A stretch of DNA of 64,000 nt from Thermoprotei archaeon (lineage in GTDB: Archaea; Thermoproteota; Thermoprotei; Thermoproteales; B15-G16): NCBI GenBank assembly GCA_003649205.1, contig QMRC01000003.1, positions 128,001-192,000 on the forward strand, in the 5' to 3' direction. The position numbers and the translations under genes were made by a program. The notes beneath the pieces were generated by a model. It searched no databases, was not told the origin of the DNA, and was given only the letters and a program-made list of their open reading frames with translations. Positions 19,878-30,429 of this stretch are shown one piece after another. Positions within the stretch are counted from its first letter, which is position 1. Every line of letters begins with the position of its first letter.

Positions 19878-21743
19878 ATGTGTGGCATCATTGGTATTGC
19901 GACTACACTTACCGCTCTAGGTGCTAACTTAGGTACTGTGTTGTATTGCTGTCTCAAGAACCTTGAGTACAGAGGCTATGACTCTGTTGGTTTTGCTGTG
20001 ATCACTCCTGATGGTAGGTTGGTCGTTAGGAAGTGTAGAGGTAAGATCGATGATGTTCGTGAGAAGCTTGGTTTCGATAGGTACTGTGGTGTTGTTGGTA
20101 TTGGGCACACTAGGTGGGCTACTCACGGTCCTCCTACTGATGTGAATGCTCATCCACACACTGACTGTAATATGGGTATTGCTGTTGTTCACAATGGTAT
20201 TATCGAGAACTACCTTGAGCTTCGTGAGGAGCTTATTGAGAGAGGGCATAGGTTCATTAGTGAGACAGATACGGAGGTTATTCCTCATCTTGTTGAGGAG
20301 TTTAAGAGGAGGGGTCTACCTACCTACGATGCTTTTAAGAAGGCAGTATCTATCCTGAGAGGTACCTTCGCTATAGCTATGATCGACGTTGATGAACCTG
20401 ACAAGATATTCTTCGCTAGGTACACATCACCTCTAGTAATTGGCTTTGGTAAGGGTACGATGTTCGTCTCGAGTGACATTCCTGCATTCCTCGAGTACAC
20501 GAATAGAGTGCTTGTGTTAAGAGATCTCGAGGTTGGTTACGTGACTTCGAGTAGTGTCGTTGTTGAGGGGATTTCTCAGAGTGAGGATCTAGATCCTGTA
20601 CCTCCTCCATCTAGAGTTGTTGAGTTTAGACCGAGGATTAGGGTTGTTGAGTGGAGTCTCGAAGCTGCTAAGAAGGGTGGTTACCCACACTTCATGCTTA
20701 AGGAAATTCACGAGCAGCCCTATGCAATATTCTCCACGATATCTGGTCTCGGTCCTGAGATCGATGGGGTCGTTGAGTTGATTAGACGTGCTGATCACGT
20801 ATTCATCATTGGTGCAGGTACTAGCTACCACGCATCGCTCACAGGTAGCTACCTACTTCACGAGCTAGCTGGTGTATTCTCGCAAGCTATCATAGCTTCT
20901 GAAGCTCAGTGGTACCTATCGAAGGTTAGTGATAGAGATGTCGTTATTGCTGTTAGTCAATCAGGTGAAACCATAGATACTTTGGTCGCTGTTAGAGTTG
21001 CCAAGAGGTGTGGTGCCAAGGTAGTAGCTGTATCCAATGTCATTGATAGTGCTATTCCTAGGGAATCAGATATCCAAGTATACACGAGAGCGGGTCCGGA
21101 AATCGGTGTTGCTGCTACGAAGACCTTCACTACACAGCTCGTAGTCTTCACGTACCTAGCTCTCAGGTTGGGTAAGGTTCTCGGTACGCTTCCTGAGGAT
21201 AATTACCGTGACCTACTATCTAAATTGAGGAAGGTCCCTGAAGTAGTTGAGTACGTGATCGCTAGGTGCGAGCCAATCGCTAGGAAGCTCTCTAGAGAGG
21301 TCGCTAGTAAGCGGAGTGCTTACTTCTTAGGTAGGTGGTTAGGCGTACCGATTTCTATGGAGGGTGCACTGAAGTTAAAGGAGATAGCGTACATACATGC
21401 TGAGGCTTATCCAGCTGGTGAGAGTAAGCATGGTCCAATAGCTCTTGTAGAGCCTGGATTCCCAGTATTCTTCACTGTTCTCGGTGGTTATGATGAGGAG
21501 ATCATTGGTGGTAATATCGAGGAGATGAGGGCTAGAGGTGCCTGGACAATAGCTATATGTCCTAGAGGTAGTAGAGTTAGGAGGCTACCTGAAGTCGTTA
21601 TTGAGTTACCTAGGTTGAGCCCGTACGTAGCTACTATACCTTACATAGTTCCTTACCAGTTAATTGCTTACTACACAGCTACTCAGAGAGGTTTTGATCC
21701 TGATAAGCCGAGGAACCTAGCTAAGACTGTGACGGTGATGTAG
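19878..21743 (+). CDS. glmS: Glutamine--fructose-6-phosphate aminotransferase (mirror copy)
   Basis: Identical to 13686..15551; MCGII start at 19878. Confidence 0.97.
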   Translation: MCGIIGIATTLTALGANLGTVLYCCLKNLEYRGYDSVGFAVITPDGRLVVRKCRGKIDDVREKLGFDRYCGVVGIGHTRWATHGPPTDVNAHPHTDCNMGIAVVHNGIIENYLELREELIERGHRFISETDTEVIPHLVEEFKRRGLPTYDAFKKAVSILRGTFAIAMIDVDEPDKIFFARYTSPLVIGFGKGTMFVSSDIPAFLEYTNRVLVLRDLEVGYVTSSSVVVEGISQSEDLDPVPPPSRVVEFRPRIRVVEWSLEAAKKGGYPHFMLKEIHEQPYAIFSTISGLGPEIDGVVELIRRADHVFIIGAGTSYHASLTGSYLLHELAGVFSQAIIASEAQWYLSKVSDRDVVIAVSQSGETIDTLVAVRVAKRCGAKVVAVSNVIDSAIPRESDIQVYTRAGPEIGVAATKTFTTQLVVFTYLALRLGKVLGTLPEDNYRDLLSKLRKVPEVVEYVIARCEPIARKLSREVASKRSAYFLGRWLGVPISMEGALKLKEIAYIHAEAYPAGESKHGPIALVEPGFPVFFTVLGGYDEEIIGGNIEEMRARGAWTIAICPRGSRVRRLPEVVIELPRLSPYVATIPYIVPYQLIAYYTATQRGFDPDKPRNLAKTVTVM

Positions 21744-21746
21744 TTA

Positions 21747-22901
21747 ATGTCGCTACCTGTCATCGTGCTGGCGGGTGGTCCTGGTACTGGTCTCCAGCTA
21801 TTGACTAGGGGAGAGCCTAAGGTACTGCTGAGGATAGCTGGTAGAGCAGTTATTGAGTATGTACTGGGTAACTTGCTTGAGCTAAATATGAGGAGAGTTC
21901 TTGTCGTTACAGATAGACCTGGTGCCCTTGAGCCAGTTCTTGAGAGGTATAGGAGATTAGGTCTAGAGCTTGAGGTTATTGAGCAGTGTGGTGTAGGTGT
22001 TGAAGCTGCGCTCCTATCGGTTAAGGACTATGTTAGAGGTTATGTACTCATCTACTACGGAGATACATTGCTACCGAAAGAAGGTGTTGAGACAATACTC
22101 AGTTCCTTCCTAGCCTACAGCACCAGTACCCTGATGCTGGTCCCTGAAGAGGATGTTAGACTCTATGGAGCTGTTAGAGTAGATGCTGAAGGCTTTGTTA
22201 CGGAATTCATTGAGAAACCTAGTCGAGAGCTTGAGGGTTACTACGCATTTGGTGGCTTGATGATAGTCAATACCGAGTTCTTCAAACTTCTCGAGCAGTA
22301 TGAGAACTTTGAGGTAGCTATGTCGAAGTTAATTAAGTTGAGGAGAGTTAGGTCATCTATTTGGAGTGGTTGGTGGGTTGATATTGGTTTTCCCTGGGAT
22401 CTCTTGAGAGCAAACTACTTCGTATTGAGTTCTCTAGAGAGGAGCTTCATATCGAGTAGAGCGAGGATAGCTTCGACAGCTGTTATTGAGGGTCCTGTAG
22501 TTATTGAGGATGGAGCAGAGATAGAGCACCATGCAGTTATTAAGGGACCGGTGTACATCGGTAGGAATAGCTACGTAGCTACTCATACACTTGTGAGAGA
22601 TTACACAACAGTTGAAGAGGAGTCAACAATATTCTCATTCACTGAGGTAACGTGGTCTTCAATTCAACCTAGAGCAACTATCGGAAGAGCTACGTACTTA
22701 GGCTTTAGTGTCGTTGGTAGTGAAGCAGTTATTGAACCAAATGTAGTGACTAAGGTTATCATGAAAGAAAGAATTTGGAAAGAGAGACCAATCGAGGTAG
22801 TGAGAAGAGGTAGAAAGATCATGAAGCTTGGTTCCTACATAGGTAAAGGAGCTAGAGTACCTGCAGGTAAAGTACTTGAACCAGGTGCCGTGGTCGAGTA
22901 A
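21747..22901 (+). CDS. Sugar-phosphate nucleotidyltransferase, GlmU-like (mirror copy)
   Basis: Identical to 12528..13682. Confidence 0.85.
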   Translation: MSLPVIVLAGGPGTGLQLLTRGEPKVLLRIAGRAVIEYVLGNLLELNMRRVLVVTDRPGALEPVLERYRRLGLELEVIEQCGVGVEAALLSVKDYVRGYVLIYYGDTLLPKEGVETILSSFLAYSTSTLMLVPEEDVRLYGAVRVDAEGFVTEFIEKPSRELEGYYAFGGLMIVNTEFFKLLEQYENFEVAMSKLIKLRRVRSSIWSGWWVDIGFPWDLLRANYFVLSSLERSFISSRARIASTAVIEGPVVIEDGAEIEHHAVIKGPVYIGRNSYVATHTLVRDYTTVEEESTIFSFTEVTWSSIQPRATIGRATYLGFSVVGSEAVIEPNVVTKVIMKERIWKERPIEVVRRGRKIMKLGSYIGKGARVPAGKVLEPGAVVE

Positions 22902-23303
22902 TTACTCAGCTCTCTCAACTCTAATCCTCTCACCATACTTAACCCTAGAGAACACTGTCGGATCACCTAAGACTCTACCAACCACGTTCACAGGACTAGC
23001 AGGTCTAATCTCATCGGGGTGTCTACTAGCTGGTGTAGGTCCCCAGAAGATGCATAGCGAGTGCCCTGGTGGCCAGTAAGCAACTGTACCTTTCTCAACT
23101 ATTTCAACAGCATTTTCCTCAGGAACATGGACGGGGATCTCAAAGTAAACTTCATCACCCCACCTACGTGCTACACCTTCAAATGGTAGAGCTTCAACGA
23201 TCTTCCTGAAGGTATTTGGACTAAGATCATCGAATAGCTCAGCCTCAACAACACCAGTAGATTCAGAAGTTATTCTCACCTTAATCTTCACATATCTCAC
23301 CAC
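22902..23303 (-). CDS. Cyclophilin-like fold protein (mirror copy)
   Basis: Identical to 12126..12527. Confidence 0.85.
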   Translation of the reverse strand: MVRYVKIKVRITSESTGVVEAELFDDLSPNTFRKIVEALPFEGVARRWGDEVYFEIPVHVPEENAVEIVEKGTVAYWPPGHSLCIFWGPTPASRHPDEIRPASPVNVVGRVLGDPTVFSRVKYGERIRVERAE

Positions 23304-23355
23304 ATCGACAACAAGGAGAATTCACTTATTAACGTTAACCAACTCAGGTGTAAAC

Positions 23356-24339
23356 GTGAACCCAATAGGTGTGAACTTCCTACCAATGTCAATTTGGTTA
23401 ACCACCGAAGGAATGAAGAAGATTGCTAAGTGGCTTAACTTCTTCAGCGAACTCAATATCGAGGTGCTGGAGATATCTCCACATAAGTTCAACCTAATCA
23501 TAGGTAGGAAACTAGCTAGAGAAAACGTACAGAAACTACTCGACCTTCTCTCTCCATACAGATTCAAGTACACCATACACATACCTGACGAAGTGAATAT
23601 ACTTGACACACATCTACTAAAGTACTCACTAGAAGTAATCAAGTCATGTATGGAACTAGGTCAAGAACTAGATGCTAAAATCATGGTACTTCACAGTGGC
23701 TACATCATACCACCAGAGCAAGAACTACAGAGAGTAATGTGGGCAGGACCTAGAAACATAACTTACGTAGAGCTAAGTGAGGAGGAAAAGTACAGAGCAC
23801 TAAATCAACTAGCACAGAACCTAACTAAGTGCTGTGACCTAGCTAGAGACTACGGAATTACCATAGGTCTAGAGAACGGTGATCTAGGACTAACACATCT
23901 CTGTCGAAGAGTAAGTGAACTACTTTACGTAGTAGTGAAAGCCAAGAGAGATAACCTCGGTATCACACTCGACATAGGACACCTCTACATATGCTCAAAA
24001 GCACTCAACTTCAACTTCCTCAAAGCAATGGAAGAAGCATTACCACATACCATACACATGCACCTAAGCGATAACTACGGACTCTACCACCCATACTTCC
24101 CAGAACACAATGTAGCCTATGGATTTGGCGACCTACACCTACCACTAGGGTGGGGAGATATACCGTGGGTACAGGTAGTGAACAGAGTATTCCAGAGATA
24201 CCGCGGAGCATTAATCATCGAGCTTTCGGATAAGTACGGTGAGGAAGGGTATAGAGTCTCAGTACAGTACTTGAGGAAGCTGATAGAGGAGGTAGAGAAA
24301 AAGCAGAAGGATCTACCTTCTAGGTGTGAAGAATGCTAG
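23356..24339 (+). CDS. Sugar phosphate isomerase/epimerase TIM barrel (mirror copy)
   Basis: Identical to 11090..12073. Confidence 0.85.
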   Translation: MNPIGVNFLPMSIWLTTEGMKKIAKWLNFFSELNIEVLEISPHKFNLIIGRKLARENVQKLLDLLSPYRFKYTIHIPDEVNILDTHLLKYSLEVIKSCMELGQELDAKIMVLHSGYIIPPEQELQRVMWAGPRNITYVELSEEEKYRALNQLAQNLTKCCDLARDYGITIGLENGDLGLTHLCRRVSELLYVVVKAKRDNLGITLDIGHLYICSKALNFNFLKAMEEALPHTIHMHLSDNYGLYHPYFPEHNVAYGFGDLHLPLGWGDIPWVQVVNRVFQRYRGALIIELSDKYGEEGYRVSVQYLRKLIEEVEKKQKDLPSRCEEC

Positions 24340-24957
24340 ACCACTAACCAAGTACTTCTGAAGGAGTATGGCAAGAGCTATTGTCGGTAACGTAGCTATC
24401 GTAGCTGCTGCGGACACAGCACCCCACATAAGTCCATGAGCTTCCCTCATACCAGCGATGGTTACAGTCATTACCCTGACATTGACGTCTGTCAGTATTA
24501 GTGCATACATGAACTCGTTCCACGACCAGATGAAGGTGAATAGTACCGTAATGAGGAACCCTGGTAGAGCTAGTGGAAACACTATCTTGAAGAGCACGGT
24601 AAACCTACTACAACCGTCGACTAACGCTGCCTCCTCAAGTTCTACAGGTATGCTCATGATGAAGCTCCTCATCAACCACACAGCAAACGGAATTCCGATA
24701 CATAGATGTGGTATTATGACCGCTGGGTACGTGTCGAGAATTCCTAGTGCTCTGAAGAGTAGGTAGTAAGGTATGACAGCTACTACCGGTGGTAGGAACC
24801 TAATCGATAGTATCCAGAATAGTAGGTGTGGACCATCAACTCTGTACCTAGCAAATCCGTATCCTGAGAAGAATCCTAGGAATGCAGAGATTATTGACGT
24901 ACATCCAGCTATTATCAACGTATATAAAGGTTTCATGGTTTTCCTATCCGGATACAT
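24313..24957 (-). pseudogene. Truncated MalG-type permease (mirror copy)
   Basis: Identical to 10472..11116. Confidence 0.55.
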
Positions 24958-25086
24958 TCGTTATCTCTTGACTTACACAATTCTATGTATAACACCGCTA
25001 TGCAATACTACTCAAGCTATATTCCTAGTTTGTTAATTTCATGATATATTGTGGGAATTGTATTGCTTCTGAAGCTAGGTATAACG

Positions 25087-26241
25087 CTAGTGATACCTAT
25101 ATGTTCCTTTTCTACCACTCAGTGCCTTACTTATGAGATTTCGTACTATGTCCTCGGTTACTTCTATTGGGTTGTTTTCTAGATTTCTTCGGTACCCTAG
25201 TGTGTGCTTTACGTAGGTTTCTAGCTCTTCTTCTTGAACTCCTACATCTTTTACGCTATTTGGTATCTCTACTCTATCGAGAAGTTTACAGAGCTTGATT
25301 ATGAGGTCTTGTACTGTTTCTACGTTTAGTAGGTGTAGTAGTTTCTCTACTTTGTCTCTGGGTATGTGCTGTAGATCTAGCTCAAGTACGTACGGTAGTG
25401 TTAATGCGTTTGCTAGTCCATGATGTACGTCGTGGTGTGTTGTGAGGTAGTACCCCATTGCGTGTACGAGTACTGTCCCTGCTACGTTTATTGCCATTCC
25501 AGCTAGTGTTGCTGCTAGGTGTAGCTTCTCTTGTGCGGTTTCATCACCCTTTGCTGCTCTCTCCACATTCTCTATGATGAGTTTAATGGCTTCGAGTGCT
25601 AGCACATCGGATATTGGTGTTGATCTCTTGGATACGTATGCTTCTAGTGCATGTGAGAGTGCGTCCATTGCTGTCCACGTAATTAGCTTAGGTGGTAGGT
25701 ACCTAATGACGTCGGGATCCACTATAGCTACCTTAGGTATTATCGCTGGACCGACAACTACTACCTTCCTCTTCTCCTTAACTATGGTCAGTACTGAGTT
25801 CTTCGTTACCTCACTGCCTGTACCACAGGTCGTTGGTATTGCTACGATTGGTAGTGCGTTACCTGTAACTACCTTAGGGTAGAGGTACTCCTCGACTCTA
25901 CCACCTTGAACAGCTACTACAGCAGCTGCCTTACCCACATCAATTACACTACCACCACCAAAGGCAACTATGACCTCACTACCTCTCTCCCTAGCGAATT
26001 CACTACATCTCTGTGCTGTTTCAGTTGATGGATTGGGTTCAACGCCGCTGAATACATGGACCTCTACTCCAGCTTCTTGAAGTAGCTTGGTTATCTTATC
26101 GAGGTAACCTGATTCCTTAGCGAATCTCCTACCAACTACTAAGAGTGCTCTTGAACCGAAGTTCCTAACTACTTGACCTACCTCCTTGATAGATCCTCTA
26201 CCGAATATTACCTCAGTTGGACAGTAGTACCTGAAGTACAT
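25087..26241 (-). CDS. Iron-containing alcohol dehydrogenase (mirror copy)
   Basis: Identical to 9188..10342. Confidence 0.92.
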   Translation of the reverse strand: MYFRYYCPTEVIFGRGSIKEVGQVVRNFGSRALLVVGRRFAKESGYLDKITKLLQEAGVEVHVFSGVEPNPSTETAQRCSEFARERGSEVIVAFGGGSVIDVGKAAAVVAVQGGRVEEYLYPKVVTGNALPIVAIPTTCGTGSEVTKNSVLTIVKEKRKVVVVGPAIIPKVAIVDPDVIRYLPPKLITWTAMDALSHALEAYVSKRSTPISDVLALEAIKLIIENVERAAKGDETAQEKLHLAATLAGMAINVAGTVLVHAMGYYLTTHHDVHHGLANALTLPYVLELDLQHIPRDKVEKLLHLLNVETVQDLIIKLCKLLDRVEIPNSVKDVGVQEEELETYVKHTLGYRRNLENNPIEVTEDIVRNLISKALSGRKGTYRYH

Positions 26242-26281
26242 GTACCCACCTCGAGTAGAGTACGTACTTGATGAAGATAAA

Positions 26282-26938
26282 TCAGTACCCACTTAAGAGC
26301 CTTTTCACCAGCTCTGGAATGTCGGTAACGATACCGTCAACACCTAGCTTCACCGCATTGATGATCTGACCCTCATCATTTAGAGTCCACACAACGACCT
26401 TTATACCGTGTGTATGTAGTTGCTCAACTAGTTCTCGATCTAGAAAGTCAATCCTTATAGATACACCATCCGCCTGAGCACACTTAGCTACGTAGTATGG
26501 GTCGACAGGTCTCTCACTGAGACTAATAAATGTCCGTGACTTAGGTAGTAGCTCCTTGATTACTCTTAGCGAGTAGTGGTAAGCTGATGAGAAGTAGAGT
26601 CTCTCATCTGAGATACCCAACTCCATAACTAACTTACACACTGAATCCTCTATCCTTGGTACCTTGAGGTCTAGCCAGATACCGATAGGGTACTTCAACA
26701 CTTCACTTAGTAAGTCCCTCAGCTTAGGTGCTCTAGATCGCTTTACGCTGTACCTAATTGACTCTATGAACCTCTTAACTCTAGATACTGGAACTACTGG
26801 ATCTGGTGGGTGGTACGCAATTAACTCTCCACCGTACGAATATACATCAATCTCAATGACATTAGCACCCTGTGAGATACACTTTGCTACCCTACCGAGT
26901 GAGTTACACGCATGAGCTATCACTAGTGGTTTCAACAT
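26282..26938 (-). CDS. GDPD family protein (mirror copy)
   Basis: Identical to 8491..9147. Confidence 0.85.
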   Translation of the reverse strand: MLKPLVIAHACNSLGRVAKCISQGANVIEIDVYSYGGELIAYHPPDPVVPVSRVKRFIESIRYSVKRSRAPKLRDLLSEVLKYPIGIWLDLKVPRIEDSVCKLVMELGISDERLYFSSAYHYSLRVIKELLPKSRTFISLSERPVDPYYVAKCAQADGVSIRIDFLDRELVEQLHTHGIKVVVWTLNDEGQIINAVKLGVDGIVTDIPELVKRLLSGY

Positions 26939-26940
26939 AC

Positions 26941-28047
26941 TTATACAACTAGTTTGCCTGTTTTCCTATCGAATATGTGTACCCTGTTGAAGTCAAGTAC
27001 GACCCATACTTCTTGACCTGCTGCAATTTCTGAGGCTGTTGATGCGGATTCAATGACCTTAATTATGTGATCACCAATCCTGACGTTGACTATGACCTCC
27101 CTACCAAGTGGTTCTGTAACGTACACTACACCCTTGATAGCTGATGTAGCTGGTCCCTTACTTATCTTGAGGTCTTCTGGTCTAACACCGAACACTACCT
27201 CGCTACTACTAGCTCTAGACCTAACGACTTCACCTAGCTCTCTAGGTAGCTCTATCTCAAATGACGTGAAGTCAAGTACATACCTACCATCTCTCTCCAC
27301 CAGTGAGCAATCGAGTAAGTTCATTGGTGGTGCACCTATGAATCCAGCAACGAACACATTCGCTGGTCTATTGTAGATCTCATCAGGTGGGCCATACTGC
27401 TGTAGCTTACCCTCATTCATGACTGCAATCCTGTCAGCTAAGGTCATAGCTTCTGCTTGGTCGTGCGTTACGTAGACAGTAGTTATCTTGAGCTCCTTCT
27501 GAAGTCTCTTCAACTCAGCTCTCATAAGTATCCTCAACTTAGCATCTAGGTTGCTAAGTGGCTCGTCTAGGAGGAAGACATCAGGTTGCTTCACAAGTGC
27601 TCTTGCTAGTGCTACTCTCTGCTGCTGACCACCAGAGAGCTGTGCTGGGTACCTATCCAGTAGGTGATCTATCTGAAGCATCTTAGCAACTTCCCTAACC
27701 CTCCTAGCGATCTCCTGCTTAGGTAACTTCTTTAACTTCAGTGGAAACGCTATGTTGTCAAACACGGTCATGTGTGGGTACAGTGCATAGCTCTGAAAGA
27801 CCATACCTATGTTCCGGTCCTTAGGAGGCCAGTCTGTTACATCAATCTCATCGAAGTATATCCTACCCTTAGTCGGTTTGTAGATGCCAGCTATACAGAA
27901 GAGAGTTGTTGTCTTACCACAACCAGAGGGACCTAGCAATACAACGAATTCACCATCCTTAATCTCTAGGTTTAAACCATCTACAGCCTTAACACTACCG
28001 AAGTACTTACAGAGATCAACTAACCTCACACTAACCACATACCTCAC
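26941..28047 (-). CDS. Sugar ABC ATPase (mirror copy)
   Basis: Identical to 7382..8488. Confidence 0.95.
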   Translation of the reverse strand: MRYVVSVRLVDLCKYFGSVKAVDGLNLEIKDGEFVVLLGPSGCGKTTTLFCIAGIYKPTKGRIYFDEIDVTDWPPKDRNIGMVFQSYALYPHMTVFDNIAFPLKLKKLPKQEIARRVREVAKMLQIDHLLDRYPAQLSGGQQQRVALARALVKQPDVFLLDEPLSNLDAKLRILMRAELKRLQKELKITTVYVTHDQAEAMTLADRIAVMNEGKLQQYGPPDEIYNRPANVFVAGFIGAPPMNLLDCSLVERDGRYVLDFTSFEIELPRELGEVVRSRASSSEVVFGVRPEDLKISKGPATSAIKGVVYVTEPLGREVIVNVRIGDHIIKVIESASTASEIAAGQEVWVVLDFNRVHIFDRKTGKLVV

Positions 28048-28055
28048 CTCCTAGA

Positions 28056-28940
28056 TTAAGCACCCTTAACACCACCAACCTGAACCTGCATGAGATACTT
28101 CTGAGTTAAGACGAAGAAGACTAAGGGTGGTATACAGTAGAATAGTGCTGTTGCTGCTAGTAGTGAGTAGTCTACGTACCTAAACTCACCAATTAGGTTG
28201 AGTACGTGAACTGATAGTGGGAAGAGGTTGGGATCGAAGAGGAATGTGTATGCGAATATGAACTCATTCCAGCCTGCTAGAAATGCAAAGATCGATACAG
28301 CAGCTATACCTGGCTTGACCAGAGGTAGAATTACCTTCCTCCAGGCCTGTAACCTACTACATCCATCTACGAGAGCTGATGCCTCGACATCCCATGGTAT
28401 TGCGTCAAAGAATCCCTTAATCAACCAAGCCGCCATAGGTATTTCGAATGCTGCCTTAGCAATTATGACGCCAAATAGCGTATTGATCAGACCCATTAGG
28501 TGGAGTAGGTAGAATGTAGCTATGAGAAGTGTGATACCAGGGAAGGCGTGTAGTGCTATTATGAGGAGTAGCATCTTGTCTCTAAGTGGGAACTCTATTC
28601 TTGAGAGAGCATAACCAGCTAGTAGAGCAATCGATACCTCAAAGACCGTAACACCACCTGCTATGATTAGTGAGTTCAGTGCTATAGGCCATATCATCGG
28701 TATAGTGACTTCACCAAACTTGATCTCCTGCCATAAGAATCTCCAGCCCCTGATCGAGAAGTTTGTCGGTATGAAACCAACTAGTACCCTATCACTGATT
28801 GACTGCATGAAGAGCCATAGGTACATCATTATGAGTGGTATCGTAGCAGCAGTCATAACACCATATATCACAGCCTTCATCAATGCTCTCTTAATTCTAT
28901 ACGAGTACGGATTCACTACCGATCTCCTACCCCTATACAT
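28056..28940 (-). CDS. ABC permease, MalG type (mirror copy)
   Basis: Identical to 6489..7373. Confidence 0.92.
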   Translation of the reverse strand: MYRGRRSVVNPYSYRIKRALMKAVIYGVMTAATIPLIMMYLWLFMQSISDRVLVGFIPTNFSIRGWRFLWQEIKFGEVTIPMIWPIALNSLIIAGGVTVFEVSIALLAGYALSRIEFPLRDKMLLLIIALHAFPGITLLIATFYLLHLMGLINTLFGVIIAKAAFEIPMAAWLIKGFFDAIPWDVEASALVDGCSRLQAWRKVILPLVKPGIAAVSIFAFLAGWNEFIFAYTFLFDPNLFPLSVHVLNLIGEFRYVDYSLLAATALFYCIPPLVFFVLTQKYLMQVQVGGVKGA

Positions 28941-28951
28941 GGCATCACCCC

Positions 28952-29941
28952 CTAAGCAATCTCAATCTTTGCAGGCGATATCATCCTCCTGAACTTGAAC
29001 ACCTTCATGTAAGCGACAACACATATAATCGAAACAATGACCAGCACCATAGCTAGTGCAGCGCCAAAACCTAGCTCAAGATGTTCAAATGCTTGGTGGT
29101 ATGCAAATAGCGACCAAACCTCTGTAGCATAGAATGGGCCACCATTGGTCACTATCAGGATGTACTCGTAAGATGCTAGGAGACTTAGCGTCTGCCACGC
29201 TGTAACAAACATGAGTGGCCACTTCAGCAGTGGTAGGATTATGTCCTTAATTATTCTCCACTCAGAAGCACCATCAACACGAGCAGCGATTATGTAGTCT
29301 CTAGGTATTGACTTGAGAGCTGATGAGAACACAATCATACCGAATGAACAACCAACGAAGCCGTTGATGAGTATTATGAAGAGCATGGGGTACTCCATCA
29401 ACCAGTTAATTGGCTTATCGCTGAGACCAAGAGCGAGAACAAATTGATTGAGTAAACCATACTCAGTTGGGTCAAGTACCCATAACCACAGTAGACCATA
29501 GACAACTGGTGGTGAGGATCGCGGTAGTAGCCAGAGAGCCCTATAGAAGAGAGCACTCCTCTCATCCATGTAGTAAGTGAGTAGAGCAAGGAGAAGACCA
29601 ACGAAGACATTCCACAGCAACGTACAGGAAACGTAGATTGCAGTATTCACAACAACCTTCATCGTAAATGGATGCTTACCTATGTTGAAGTAATTCTCAA
29701 GACCAACCCAATGCCACTCAGCTCTCCTAATACTCATGTCCGTAAACGAGAGAAAGACAGTTAGGAATACAGGACCAAACCAAAAGAGAGCAATCATGAC
29801 AATACATGGGCCTAGGAAGATGGTAAGTAGTAGGAACTTCCTAGCTCTAGGGCTCAGTTTACTCCTTGAACGATGTAGCCTTCTAGAGGACATCAGGGGT
29901 AATTGTGCAGGTAGGGTAAAAAAGAATTTCCTTTTAGACAT
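28952..29941 (-). CDS. ABC permease, MalF type (mirror copy)
   Basis: Identical to 5488..6477. Confidence 0.9.
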   Translation of the reverse strand: MSKRKFFFTLPAQLPLMSSRRLHRSRSKLSPRARKFLLLTIFLGPCIVMIALFWFGPVFLTVFLSFTDMSIRRAEWHWVGLENYFNIGKHPFTMKVVVNTAIYVSCTLLWNVFVGLLLALLTYYMDERSALFYRALWLLPRSSPPVVYGLLWLWVLDPTEYGLLNQFVLALGLSDKPINWLMEYPMLFIILINGFVGCSFGMIVFSSALKSIPRDYIIAARVDGASEWRIIKDIILPLLKWPLMFVTAWQTLSLLASYEYILIVTNGGPFYATEVWSLFAYHQAFEHLELGFGAALAMVLVIVSIICVVAYMKVFKFRRMISPAKIEIA

Positions 29942-30099
29942 ATTGATGTATAAAGCGAGTTACTTATACCTATTCATTAATCCCTACTACTTTAGCTAGT
30001 TAAGAAACTGGTGAAAGTGTACGATCAGTGAATGATCTGGTCTCAGTATTGATCTCCTAAAATTACTTTTCTCTCCTAAGTACTACGGGTGATTCTCTC

Positions 30100-30429
30100 A
30101 TGACAGAAGTACGAGTAGCTAGGCTAAGCAATATAATCGAGGTAATCGACGAGGTATTTAATGGCGATACCTACGACTACTTACTCACTGCAATCCTGAA
30201 TAGGGACATAGATGGTGTTAAGACGGTAGTGGAGAAGGTAGCTCAAATAGTTTCCACAAGAACGGGTGTAGACCTAGGTACTGTACGTGTTCACGTGTAC
30301 GACTACGTTGTAGGTATTGTTGAGAGTATTATAGAGGATTTTGTTCTTCTGAAAAGAAAGCTTGAGGAACTTAGAGATTTAGATGCTAAGGGAGGTAGAG
30401 GGGGAGAAAATAGGGAGTTTACTCCGTGA
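30100..30429 (+). CDS. Hypothetical protein (mirror copy)
   Basis: Identical to 5000..5329. Confidence 0.6.
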   Translation: MTEVRVARLSNIIEVIDEVFNGDTYDYLLTAILNRDIDGVKTVVEKVAQIVSTRTGVDLGTVRVHVYDYVVGIVESIIEDFVLLKRKLEELRDLDAKGGRGGENREFTP